Of a DNA stretch of 64,000 bases, positions 1 to 14,300 are shown one piece after another. The translations under genes and the position numbers were made by a program. The stretch is from positions 6,944,001 to 7,008,000 of the forward strand of contig CM022667.1 in the NCBI GenBank assembly GCA_012295275.1, given 5' to 3'. Source of the stretch: Chrysomallon squamiferum (taxonomy: Eukaryota; Animalia; Mollusca). Position 1 is the stretch's first letter, and every line of letters starts with the position of its first letter. A model generated the notes under the pieces. It saw only the letters and a list, made by a program, of their open reading frames with translations. It was not told the origin of the DNA and searched no databases.

Positions 1-320
1 TTTTCTCTGTGTCTTATAGTCTATGTCTGTATTTTCTCTGTGTCTTATAGTCTTTATGTCTGTATTTTCTCTGTGTCTTATAGTCTTTATGTCTGTATTT
101 TCTGTGTCTTATAGTCTTTATGTCTGTATTTTCTCTCTGTCTTATAGTCTTTATGTCTGTATTTTCTGTGTCTTATAGTCTTTATGTCTGTATTTTCTGT
201 GTCTTATAGTCTGTCTGTATTTTCTGTGTCTTATAATCTTTATGTCTGTATTTTCTCTGTGTCTTATAGTCTATGTCTGTATTTTCTGTGTCTTATAGTC
301 TTTATGTCTGTATTTTCTCT
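1..320. repeat. Minisatellite, about 30-33 bp unit (tgtgtcttatagtctttatgtctgtattttc)
   Basis: About 10 visible tandem copies. Confidence 0.9.
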
Positions 321-1266
321 GTCTCACTCACACTGTCCCCAGCATCTCTCTTTCACTGTTTCTGTAAAGGTTTACGTCTGCCAGTCAGAATCAGAATAAT
401 TCTACATCAGACATCACGTGTGTTTGTACTCCGTTCACTGACCTGTTGACAATGTGACGTCAAAACTAATATTATGTTCATCAGTGGCGAAATACACCGC
501 TCTCGTTTTATGCTACGGTTATGAGTAGGGTCAAGGTCAGGATTGTTTTCTTATAGTGATTTCCAAAGTAATAAATAAATAAGTAAATAAATAAATAATA
601 AATATGCTAATAGATAGTTTTGTAAAAAATAAATAAATATCCATGGCTGTATGTTTTTTATTTTACAAATCATATTTATTAAATTGTTTTGACAGTTGAT
701 GTTAGATAAACAACTTTGTTACACTGTGAGGATCTCTGTGAATGAATTATTTACTTTGTTTTAATTATTCAGCTTCACCCACAGACACATTTATCACACT
801 CAGGGTTGGTTCCAGCTGAGATATATTTTAAGATAAAGTGAATTTTGTTATGAAGAGAAAAATATGTCGTTTTTGTGTGACGTCTGTAAACAGCATCCGT
901 GTTTGAACAAGTAAAACAAAGGTTATCTAATCTAGACTGAAGACATGACAGAACTGTTTTCTTTTAATACTTTACCGTTTTCGTTTCTTTTAATTTTCAT
1001 TGATTCCCTTTTATTTCATACAAGATTTCAATGGAGGTTGTTTGGCTTCGTTTCTCCTGTGTATGTCGGCATGTGTGTCTGTCTGTATTTATTATTATTA
1101 TTTTTTACATGTGAATGTTATATTTTCTTTTCGTCAGAATCTCTGTTTTCATGTGTGATAGCGCGCGGGTTTGTTATTCTTATTATTTTTTCATTGTTCT
1201 CTTCTGTTCACGATTCATTATTTACATCATCCAGTTGTCAATTAAAATAATACCAGTTTACTTTCT

Positions 1267-1305
<39 letters not shown>

Positions 1306-2289
1306 TAAAGAAACATTAATACTACCTCACTGACATACAGACGTATCAAACAAATGTGTACATATAAATGCTTTAGCTTACAAAAGAAACGAAGTATTTT
1401 TGGAAAGACATAATAAGACACAATTTTACATTTTAAAATTAGCTTCGTTATATTACTTCATTGTTCTTAATTTCACAATTTTCATCAATAATAGTTTCAG
1501 AAAACGGTGATAAATTATTTATCGTACTAGCATCAATGTTTAACGTACACGCTGAGTACTTCGTAAAGAATTTTTTGTGCATTCTGAAATCAGCCGCGAA
1601 AAGCCGATAACTATTCTGCTGATTACTCAAACATAACACATTTAATAAACAAGACAACGAATATTTTAGAAATTGAACGTAAATCTGAATCAACAGGTAA
1701 CAAATATTAACATTCTTTAGTGCTTAGACAGAAGTAATTGTAAGAAAACATTTCTCAAAATTAAGTTCTCATTCGTAACAAGTTATGTTTTGGGCGGAAA
1801 GGACACTACTTTTTATAAACATACAATTTTTACAGGTCACACAATTAAAACACTTTTTTTTAAAATAATTACTTTTATTTATTTACTGCACAAGGTAGAT
1901 ATGAAAGATATCTTCAAAAAACAAAAACAAAACAAACAAAACATGATTTTCAAGACCCTCTTCAGTATATTATTTAATAACAAATCACAAAAAATATAAT
2001 ACAAACATATTTAACCCACAGAGTAATTATAAAATAAGTAAATAAAGAAATAAATAAATTACTGTTATTTGCCAACACAAAGCTATAAGAAAAAACAGAT
2101 TTCAAGAGTTTCTTGCTAACATACACAAGATTTCTATTACAACCGAAATTCTTTCACTTTTCTTGTAAAATGTGAACAGACACATGAAATCACGTGTGTT
2201 ATATTTAGATGTGTTTATAATGTAAAATGTGAACACATGAAATCACGTGTGTTATATTTAGATGTGTTTATAATGTAAAATGTTTCACT

Positions 2290-2805
2290 TTTGTTTACAC
2301 ACGTTTACACAGATGTTTACACAGATGTTTACACGGATGTTTACACGGATGTTTACACAGATGTTTACACACGTTTACACAGATGTTTACACAGATGTTT
2401 ACACAGATGTTTACACAGATGTTTACACGGATGTTTACACGGATGTTTACACAGATGTTTACACGGATGCTTACACGGATGTTTACACGGATGTTTACAC
2501 AGATGTTTACACAGATGTTTACACGGATGTTTACACAGATGTTTACACGGATGCTTACACGGATGTTTACACAGATGTTTACACAGATGTTTACACGGAT
2601 GTTTACACAGATGTTTACACAGATGTTTACACGGATGCTTACATGGATGTTTACACGGATGTTTACATGGATGTTTACATGGATGTTTACACACGTTAAC
2701 ACAGATGTTTACACAGATGTTTACACAGATGTTAACACAGATGTTTACACATGTTTACACAGATGTTAACAAAGATGTTTACACATGTTTACACAGATGT
2801 TTACA
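2290..2805. repeat. 12-bp minisatellite (gatgtttacaca/g) abutting the COG7 stop codon
   Basis: About 40 copies. It accounts for the MFTQ, VYTD and CKHL pseudo-ORFs. Confidence 0.95.
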
Positions 2806-4842
2806 ACTCGACGTCTCTCATGGCTGCGACTGCGTGGCTGATTCTCTGAGGCATCGTCTCTGCTACGTCGCTGAACTCTTCGGGTTTTGCCTGCAGCAAC
2901 GTCTGAATGTTGTGCAGCGTCTCCGACGTCTGAATCCCGAGGTCGTCCAACACGTTGGTGAGGTAGTCTGAAACACAACCACGTTGACAATACAAAACTA
3001 AACTTTGTTTTCTTTGTGTCCAAATGACTTCTGGGTTCATAACAAATAAAAATACTTCGTATTTTATTGATTGTCTTCATTCTTAATATCTACAATTTTT
3101 ATTTATTTATTTACTTATTTATTTTAATTTAATTTAATTTAATTTAATTTTATATTTTGTTTATTTTATTTTACTTTATTTTATTTCATCATTATTATTA
3201 TTATTTAATTTTCTTAATTTTTTTTTTTTTACTTTTTCACTTATACAAACTAACAGTCTACATACCCCCCCAGTGTACTCCACGTGTACCTATGTCTGTT
3301 ATCAGCTGTTTGGTGGCATGAGCAGTCAGCTGATGAATCTTGATGATTTCTTCACAAAACACGTGCATCGTTCCCTTAGCAACCGATTCCAGCCACAAGT
3401 CAGCCAAGTGTTCTGGCATATCTGAACAATAACAGTAAATTTAGCAAACACCTGTCTTTACCTGAGTCACAGCTCATTAGTGTGTACTGACACAGGCTAG
3501 CTCTGATTAGTACTCACAACTAAATCATCAAATATTAGTCTTTGTATGGAATTTGTCAAAAGAGAGTCAAAATATATATATATATATATAATAAAAATAA
3601 TAATAAATAATCAAAAATAATCAAAAATGATTTATTTATAAATTAGATATAATTTAAAAAATATATATTATCTTTCTGTAATTTTCTCTTCTCAGTTACA
3701 AAATAAAATGTTTTATCACAAGAAGAAAACGTGATGAAAATAAAAGATGGTGAACCTTGTTCATCAGTGTAAGGAAGTTTGCCGTGTTTGAGAGCCACAG
3801 TGATAGAAGTGCTGTCCTGCAGGGTGAACGGGTCAAGATGCTGAGGTAAGGTCATCAGATACTGACCTATCTGAAACATTAAACAAGAGAGACTGACCTA
3901 TCTGAAACACTGAACAAGAGACAGTGACCTATCTGAAACATTGAACAAGACACAGTGACCTATCTGAAACATTGAACAAGAGACAGTGACCTATCTGAAA
4001 CATTGAACAAGACACAGTGACCTATCTGAAACACTGAACAAGAGACAGTGACCTATCTGAAACATTAAACATAACATACAGACAAAGTGTTAGCTGATGA
4101 CCTTTATTAAACAATAAAATGTAGAAAATAATGAAAGTAATCATGATAGATCAAACACTGTAAATGTATCGTAATTCCTTAAAATAAATATAATTAAAAT
4201 ACATTAAAAATATTTTATTTTGCTTACTTAAGGTATATTAAACACAATATGAACATTTGAAATTGCTCCACTTATTTAGGTGTTTGTTAGATGTTCAACA
4301 CAATGTAATATTAAAGTTATTTCATTAAAATGTGTTACCTTTGTGATGTACTCTTGTGGAGAGATGCTGAAAGTTGGGAGGTCAGAGGTCATGGCTCCTC
4401 CTGCACTGTGAGAAGTCCATATCTGAACAGAAACATATTTTTATTATTTTTATTATTTTTATTATTAATTTGTCAAATCAGTTGTCATAATGGATTAAAT
4501 CAAGTGTTTGCACGTCCTTGTGTATCCATGTGTATTTATCTCTGTGTGTGTGTCTGAGTCTGTGTATGATTGTGTGTGTCTGTGTATATGTGTGTGTTTG
4601 TGTTTATATGTGTGTGTGTGTTTGTGTTTATATGTGTGTGTGTGTCTTGTTTGTGTGTGTGTGTGTGTGTGTCTGTGTATGTGTGTTTGTGTTTATGTGT
4701 GTGTGTGTTTGTGTCTTGTTTGTGTGTGTCTGTGTGTGCATGTGTGTGTTTGTGTGTCTTGTTTGTGTGTGTCTGTGTGTGTGTTTGTCTGTGTGTGTGT
4801 TTGTGTGTCTGTGTCTGTGTGTGCATGTGTGTGTTTGTGTGT

Positions 4843-4897
<55 letters not shown>

Positions 4898-7800
4898 TGT
4901 GTGTGTGTGTGTCTGTATGTCTGTGTGTGTGTCTGTGTGTGTGTCTGTGTGTGTGTGTGTGTCTGTGTGTGTGTGTGAATACAGACCTCCATGTTAGACA
5001 GATTGGAGAGATATTTCTGGAGTTGTCCAAAAACGATGTCAAATGCAAACTTGTGAACTTCTTCACTGAGTCGACTCATTTCTGTCTTAATGTCTGTCAG
5101 TACAGTGGGTGTGTCACCTGAAAACACACAGACACTCTTCATTACATTAATCATTTTATAAATCACGTTTTTTATAATCACCTTGAAACATAGTAATAAT
5201 TAAATAATTAAAGAAAATAATAATAATAATTATGATAACAACAATCAAAATTTTATTTTATTTTACTGTTATTAACTTTAAAATCAGTTTTACATAAATG
5301 CAGTTTCCAGCAACATGTCTCCAAAACAAAAACATTTATCACAGAGCTGTTTATGAAGATAAATATTCACCTTCCTCCAAACTCATCACCATGGTTTCCA
5401 GTGTCTCTATGGCAACCTCATCATCTAGAAATAGTGATGCCTGAAAATGGAAAGTGTGTCTTCTTAAACTGCATCTGAAACACAAACAATGAAAATATGT
5501 AAGAAACAAAAATACATGTACAGGAACTGAATATTAAAACCATCAAAACACAGATCACTGAGAGTCTGTGCTTCAGTTAAATTAAGTACTGAAATTACTG
5601 AAGTTTATTATTATTGTTGTTGTTGTTGTTGTTGTTGCTATTAATATTTTTATTATCACTGTCATTATTTTTACAGCTGCTGCTACTACTAGTACTCCAG
5701 TTACTACACATTATCTTTACAATTATTAATATTAATGTTGTTGTTGTTGTTGTTGTTGTGATCATTGTCATTATTATGACAGCTGCTGCTCTACTATTAC
5801 TAAAAGTACTCCAGTTACTACACATTATCTTTACAATTATCAATATTAATATTAATATTGTTGTTGTTGTTGTGATCATTGTCATTATTATGACTGAATA
5901 ATCACTGCACTTGTTAAATTCACATCACTTAAGTAAAAGTGGAAACTTACTTTTTGTCAACGTCCTTGGTAGGAGATGAACACGTGAGGAATTTGCCCAC
6001 AGAGTGAAGAATGCTGCTTGTCAAATCTTCATCAAACTGATCTGTGTGCAGTATCAGGTCTCCTGAACAAACAAACACACAAACAAACAAATAAACAAAC
6101 AAATAGAAATGTCACTGTTTTGGTATTTCTGTGTGATTAACGATCAGTTACACAAAAACACAGATATACAGACAGACAGACACACATACCACGTTTGTAT
6201 AATTCGGAGAGAATGTTGAAAGTTTGTCTAGTTATACACAGACAGACACACATACCACATGTTTGTATAATTCTGAGAGAATGTTGAAAGTTTGTCTAGT
6301 TATACACAGACAGACAGACAGACAGCAACACATACCACATGTTTGTATAATTCTGAGAGAATGTTGAAAGTTTGTCTAGTTATACACAGACAGACACACA
6401 TACCACATGTTTGTATAATTCTGAGAGAATGTTGAAAGTTTGTCTAGTTATACACAGACAGACAGACATACCACATGTTTGTATAATTCTGAGAGAATGT
6501 TGAAAGTTTGTCTAGTTATACACAAACAGACAGACAGACAGACAGACACATATACCACATGTTTGTATAATTCTGAGAGAATGTTGAAAGTTTGTCTAGT
6601 TATACACAGACAGACACACATACCACATGTTTGTATAATTCTGAGAGAATGTTGAAAGTTTGTCTAGTTATACACAGACAGACAGACATACCACATGTTT
6701 GTATAATTCTGAGAGAATGTTGAAAGTTTGTCTAGTTATACACAGACAGACAGACATACCACATGTTTGTATAATTCTGAGAGAATGTTGAAAGTTTGTC
6801 TAGTTATACACAAACAGACACACATACCACATGTTTGTATAATTCTGAGAGAATGTTGAAAGTTTGTCTAGTTATACACAGACAGACAGACAGACACACA
6901 TACCACATGTCTGTATAATTCTGAGAGAATGTTGAAAGTTTGTCTAGTTATACACAGACAGACAGACACACATACCACATGTTTGTATAATTCTGAGAGA
7001 ATGTTGAAAGTTTGTCTAGTTATACACAGACAGACAGACAGACACACATACCACATGTTTGTATAATTCGGAGAGAATGTTGAAAGTTTGTCTAGTTATA
7101 CACAGACAGACAGACACACATACCACATGTTTGTATAATTCTGATAATTCTGAGAGAATGTTGAAAGTTTGTCTAGTTATACACAGACAGACACACATAC
7201 CACATGTTTGTATAATTCTGAGAGAATGTTGAAAGTTTGTCTAGTTATACACAGACAGACAGACACACATACCACATGTTTGTATAATTCTGAGAGAATG
7301 TTGAAAGTTTGTCTAGTTATACACAGACAGACAGACAGACACACATACCACATGTTTGTATAATTCGGAGAGAATGTTGAAAGTTTGTCTAGTTATACAC
7401 AGACAGACAGACACACATACCACATGTTTGTATAATTCTGAGAGAGTGTTGAAAGTTGGTCCAGTCTTCAAACTCTGCACTGTGACTTGTCTGACATTTT
7501 TCTCTGATGTTTCCAACTACTCGATGAAACTCATGACAGTAACTCATAAAATACGTCTGAAATTGCAAACATAACAATAATAACAATAATAACAACAACA
7601 ATTAATTCTTTATGATAGATAAATATGTTAGAACAGAAGAAAAAAAAAGAAAAAAGAAAAAGGAATAAGGAAGAAAATGAAAAAAGAAAAAAAGAAATCT
7701 TGCTGTAATTTACATGGTGATACTTTTACCTTGATTGCTCCAAGCAGCTGAACATAGCAGAACCCATTGGTCAGCTTCTGACATCTCTCATTTGCCTGCA

Positions 7801-8313
7801 GAGAAAACAAAACATGACACAGAGATCTTTGTATTAAACAGTTAGTGTGTTAGTTAAAGACAAAGTTAATATTTGTCAATTTTTGTGGCATTAAAATCGG
7901 TAAGTTACAGATAAAGTAATATCAAAATGTACAGGTTAAATTAAGGTAATATTAAAACTGACAAGTTAACTGCAGTTGAAGGAGAGTAGTCAAGCTGTGA
8001 TATTCTGTGCACTCACCTGATTCGCTGCACTGAACAGTTTGTTTACTGACTCTCCCAGCAGCTGAACTGTATCCAGTATCTCTATATGATCCTACAAACA
8101 ACAGATAGTATCCATTATCTCTGTATGATCCTACAAACAATGTGTAGTATCCAATATCTACATGGTCCTACAAACAATACATAGTATCCATTATCTCTAT
8201 ATGATCCTACAAACAATACATAGTATCCAATATCTCTATGTGATCTTACAGTACATGGTAAAAAATACAATGAATTTAACTCTAACAAGTGCAGTGTTAA
8301 TGTACATAATCCA

Positions 8314-8353
<40 letters not shown>

Positions 8354-11300
8354 CTTACAAGAGGAATGTTGTTGAGATCTCTGTCTAATGCAACTTCTTC
8401 AAAGGTCTGATACTTGTGTAAGTAAGGTCTGTATGGTGACATCACTGTGACAAGTAACTGTTCTAAATGTTCTTCATGTTGTGTACTGTCTGAAGACAAA
8501 ATACAATGTTGTATATTCTCTCTCCCTCTCATACATACACTCACATGCATAAACACATTCATACATACAGACAGACACACCTCACAAACACACAAACTCA
8601 CACCTGTAATGCACATGAAATTTAAAAAAAAAAAAACAATTATTTACAATATTTTAAATTAAGTTTATATTTGTAGATCTCCAGCTTTTCATTATAAATC
8701 AACATCAGTTTCTGTAACTAGTCTGTTAAAACCAGAAAAACTAACACATTCCACAAAAACAAAATAGTTTCTTCAACTTACCTGACATCTGTGAATTGAC
8801 TGCATTTTCAATACTATGAGCAAAGCGTTCAGAAATCTGAAATTAAAAAATATTCCAAAACCTTTTTTAAGGGGACACACTAGGTGAAAAATAAATGACA
8901 AAACTGTTTTAAAAAGAAAAATTTACTTTTTAGATAAATGTTTCAGTTTTTGGAGAAGGAAGTGCAGGTGACAAAGTAATAAAGGAATAACATCACGTTA
9001 CAGCCTTAGCAACTGTGAAGATGGTTTATGAAAATTTTAATTTTTAATTTGTTTTCATGTAGTTTTTTTTACAATCCTAACAATCCTATTCTTTTCATAT
9101 AACCTTTATATAACTTTTCTTTTGTTTCAAAATATGAAGATTAGTTTTTTTTAGACATTTTTGGAAATATGTAAATAATGACTAATTTCTTTGTTATTTG
9201 TAGAAATACATGTCTATGATGAACCCCAACAGTCTCAATGATATATATATATATACATTGGTTTGAGTTGGGAAGTTCATGAAATGGGGTACTAAAATAT
9301 TAAAAACATTATATATATACATATACATTGGTTTGAGTTGGGAAGTTCATGAAATGGGGTACTAAAATATTAAAAACATAATAATACTAAAAGTAACTAT
9401 TTGTCATTAAAAAATAAACTAGTACTAGTTATTTTATGGTAACAAAAGGGGATGATTTACATCAATTTTCAATTCTGTAACATAAAAAATAACAATTTTT
9501 TATTTTTCCCACACATGTTCCTGTATATCAAGAAAGAGAGAACTTACAATGATTTTAAAAAAAACTGATACTGAAGTGTAAAAAAAGATTTTGTCAAAAA
9601 TCAAGTTTGCTTACATATGTATGAGTTTGTGATAAGTAAATTCTTTAGCTTGTAACAGTGCAGCTGAGTTAGTTGTTTAGTTTTTATTAATCCCTGTTGT
9701 ATATATAAATGTATACAATGTGTTCTCTCTCACAGATATGTAAACATAAACACAGATGTTACCAGTGAAAGGACGAAAGCAGACTGTGTTACTGAGGCAG
9801 ACGCTACACAGATGTTACCAGTGAAAGGAAGAAAGCAGACTGTGTTACTGAGGCAGACACTACACAGATGTTACCAGTGAAAGGAAGAAAGCAGACTGTG
9901 TTACTGAGGCAGACACTACACAGATGTTACCAGTGAAAGGAAGAAAGCAGACTGTGTTACTGAGGCAGACACTACACAGATGTTACCAGTGAAAGGAAGA
10001 AAGCAGACTGACTGTGTTTACTGGAGGCAGACTGCAGACACTACACAGATGTTACCAGTGAAAAAGGAAAAGCAGACTGTGTTACTGAGGCAGAGGCAGA
10101 CACAGATGTTACCAGTGAAAGGAAGAAGTGAAAGGAAGTGAAAGCAGACTGTGTTACCAGGAAGAAAGCAGACTGTGTTACTGAGGCAGACACTACACAG
10201 ATGTTACCAGTGAAAGGAAGAAAGCAGACTGTGTTACTGAGGCAGACGCTACACAGATGTTACCAGTGAAAGGAAGAAAGCAGACTGTGTTACTGAGGCA
10301 GACACTACACAGATGTTACCAGTGAAAGGAAGAAAGCAGACTGTGTTACTGAGGTTACCAGTGAAAGGAAGAAAGCAGACTGTGTTACTGAGGCAGACAC
10401 TACACAGATGTTACCAGTGAAAGGAAGAAAGCAGACTGTGTTACTGAGGCAGACGCTGAACTAAATCTAATACCTGTTTGAGTTCTGTCAGCGTTTCCAG
10501 AGTATTCTCCCTTTGTTGAAGCAGTTTTGTGAAGCATGAGGACAGAGATGGGTCAAGGGAGATAAGTGTTTCTGTCAACAGATCACACACAATGGGCACT
10601 GGGTCCGGGAACACCTGAACACACCACTTTATCTGAAAATAACAAAAAAATAACAATAAATAACAATAAATAACAAAGAATAACAAAGAATAACAATAAA
10701 TAACAATAAATAACAAGGCAGAGCAAAAAGAAAACACCAGTGAAGAGGACAATAATTTGTTTAATTCTTACATTTGTCTCTTTCCCTGTCAGTCAGCTCA
10801 CCTACACTGGTTGTTGTATATTTTCTACTACAAACTGACAACAGTGAGGTAACATGTGTTACTCTGTGTAACAGTTACTTTCACCTGCACTGGTTGTTGT
10901 ATATTTACTACTACAAACTGACAACAGTGAGGTAACATGTGTTACTCTGTGTAACAGTTATTTTCATACAAATCACACTAAATACCAACACAACAATACA
11001 GGCACCATAGTTAAAAACAACACTTACCTGTGTGTGTCAGGTACTAAAGTTAATAACACACTTACCTGTGTGTGTTTGGTACAAAAGATAATAACACACT
11101 TACCTGTGTTTGTCAGGTACTAAAGTTAATAACACACTTACCTGTGTGTGTCAGGTACAAAAGATAATAACACACTTACCTGTGTGTGCCAGGTACTTGA
11201 CAGGTGATCATAAAAGTCTACGACACATTCTACTGGACTTGTGTCTTGCTTTGAATCTAAAATGTTTCTCCACGTCTGTAATAACTGTCCCTACAACATT

Positions 11301-14300
11301 AACAGAAAAACACTGTCAAAATGAAATCAGTTTTTATTACTTAACAAGATTAACACACACAGAAAGAGATAAATAACAACATTAAAAAGTATCTGAGATG
11401 AAGAGAGTGCTTGTTTGAGAGGTTTGTAGGGAGGTCAGGTTCATTACCTTGTGACACTTGTGATAGTATTTGCAGAGCTGTGACAGCCGACTGATTGTTT
11501 CAAAGATTTGTGTGTACATCTGTGCAGCCTCTGAAAACACAATTAACACCACTAATAAACAACATACCAAGTTATCTGAGTACTTAAATATTCTCTGTAA
11601 ATACAAAACTGTGACCTATCCACACACACACTGTTAAAATATCTCAGTAATGTAAACATTTAACACAACTATGACCTGTCCACATACACTGATTAAATAT
11701 CTCTGTAATGTAAATATTTAACACAAACTATGACCTATCCACATACACACTGTTAACAGTTTTAACATAGTAAAATATCTCTGTAATGTAAATATTTAAC
11801 ACAAACTATGACCTATCCACATACACACTGTTAACAGTTTTAACATAGTAAAATATCTCTGTAATGTAAATATTTAACACAAATACAACTTACCCACATT
11901 CTGACTGTTGAAAGTTTTGACAAGCTGTGGACTAAGAATAGCTTCCAGTCGATTCTTCAACTTCTCCAAATGTTGACATTTTTCTTCATAGTCTGGAGTG
12001 TCTACCAACATTTGCTGAAAAAAACATTTTGTACACAGTTTATTATAGAACATTAAAATAATTTTAAAAATAATAATAACGATTTTACTTAGTCTGAAGA
12101 GTCTAACAAAAAACATGGTTTTACACAGCCTAACATTTACACAGTTAAAACAACTTGATCTGGTTTTAACCACAACATTTAAACAATTTTTACAATGTAA
12201 CAGATTTGATTTTAAATCATGATTTGTACCAAAATTCAAAAAAGTAAGAAGAGAAAAACAACAAAACATCATAAAAAAGATAAGCATTTCAAAGAAACAT
12301 TAGGATATTTCAAAGCAACAAAAAACTTGAACGCTTTTTTACCAGGCACTGCTGCATTCTACTCAGTTTGTCTGTAATCTGAAAACAAGAAAAATAAATC
12401 TCCGAATTAATTATTATTTTTTTTAAATAGCAAAATGCATTTTATATACTTACATGTGATTATTTAACATGAAACTTAGATAATATTTTCTACTAACAAG
12501 TTAAAAAAAAAAAAAAATATTGGTTTTTAAAAATTGCTTGACATATCCTAAAAATGAATTTATACAACATATTCCATTTATACATGTCATTTTTTATGGT
12601 GATTTAGTAAGTATTCATCTAAATAGTATTTCAGATTTCAGTACACCAAACCAAAGCATACTCAATAGTCTACCAGTACCATTTATTCATCAAACTGTAT
12701 AATTAGCGAATAATGGTATTTAGGATGAAATAAAATGACAGTAGAATAGCAACAAATATATGTAGTTAATTTTTTCACAAGACATCCACAGGTAAAGTTC
12801 AATAAAGAAGGAAAATCACTGTGTGAGTCTGTTTTTATTACTTGTTTCTGTAATTATGAATCTAATAATTAAACTAGAATATTTTTATATTTAACACTTT
12901 TACTATACAAGAGTAAGATAGAGAGAGAGAGAGAAAGAGAGAGACAGACAGAGAGAGAGAGAGAGAGAATACAGTCTACTACTCACTGCGTGTACATCCT
13001 GAGACTGAAGAGAGATCTTCAACTGAATCACAGCACTCAGAATACAGTCCACTTGTCTGCATCCTGAGACTAACATTTCAACGTGAAGTTTGTTACTCTG
13101 TCCAGTTGTTATGTCACAGAAATTTGTGTTTTTGTTATTCTGTTAAGTATTATGTCACAGAAATGTTGTGTTTTGTTATTCTGTTAAGTATTATGTCACA
13201 GAAATGTTGTGTTTTGTTATTCTGTTAAGTATTATTTCACAGAAATGTTGTGTTTTGTTATTCTGTTAAGTATTATTTCACAGAAATGCTGTGTTTTGTT
13301 ACTCTGTGCTGTTATGTGTGTTCTGCAGAGAAATATCTGCTCCAGGTACAATGTTGACAACAATGCACTGTTACATCATCCTTTAGCAAAGATTGGTTTT
13401 CAAACATTTACATATATAGAACCAGGAACAGATGAAACTTAAAAAAAAAAATGTATTCACAGTTAAAAACTCACAGTGAGTGCATCAGCAGTTGTCTTCA
13501 TTCGAGATTTGATTTTGTCCAGTTTCAGCAAAACCTGCATAGACTGAGCCGTGTTCTGCTCCACCTGTTTTAAAACAGACACAAAAACAATGAGTGAGCT
13601 AACAAGAACTCAGCTATGTAATATAACTAATAACTGATCAGCAGAAACAAAGAGGAAAATGATTTCTATTAATTAGCATCCACCATTAATTTCACTTTCT
13701 ATTTACAACAGAGAAAATGAGGCAGGGACAAAAGATCAAAATAAACTTAGTGACATAATTATAGGATAACACATACAAGATTTGTAGTATCTTAAAAAAT
13801 GTAATAATAATAACAACAATGATGATGATGACCATAAGGAATCAAGTAAAGTTTTTGATATAGTTATCTTGTTTATTTCAAATAGGAAATATAAAAAAAG
13901 AAGTAAAATAATATTCAGATGTTTCACTCTGAATCTAAAAAGCATTTTACGAAAGGAAAGATAGTTTAATAGTGAAAAGAAATATTTTTTGCTTTACACA
14001 TAATAAAATGTTATACACAATAAACTGCTTGTACAAAATGAGAAAAGAAAGGATAGCACTGAGGACACCAGCAGCTCACATTCTGGATGTCTTGTTTCAC
14101 AGTCCTCATCTGATCCTGCAGCAGAGCAGCTTCCTGTCTGACGGCCTCCACTTCACGAACCACACGCGGCAGATTCATCAACACTTGCTGCCCAGCTTCC
14201 TCCAGCACATTGTTCACTTCCTGAAATGACAACATTGTTCACTTCCTGAAATAACAACACATTGTTCATGTCCTGAAATAACAACACATAGATGATGTTT

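Noticed and set aside
322-460. Possible first exon of a further minus-strand gene (ATGCTGGGGACAGT|gtgagt near 325-345)
   Set aside because: Only four codons and a donor-like site; no downstream exon in the window to support it.
2280-2800. Long ORFs of MFTQ/VYTD/CKHL/CLHR repeats
   Set aside because: Translations of a stop-free 12-bp minisatellite in the COG7 3' region, open in several frames on both strands.
6170-7460. CRISPR-like repeat-spacer appearance
   Set aside because: The variable parts are only (GACA)n length changes, the repeat is a COG7 exon end, the context is eukaryotic and there are no cas genes.
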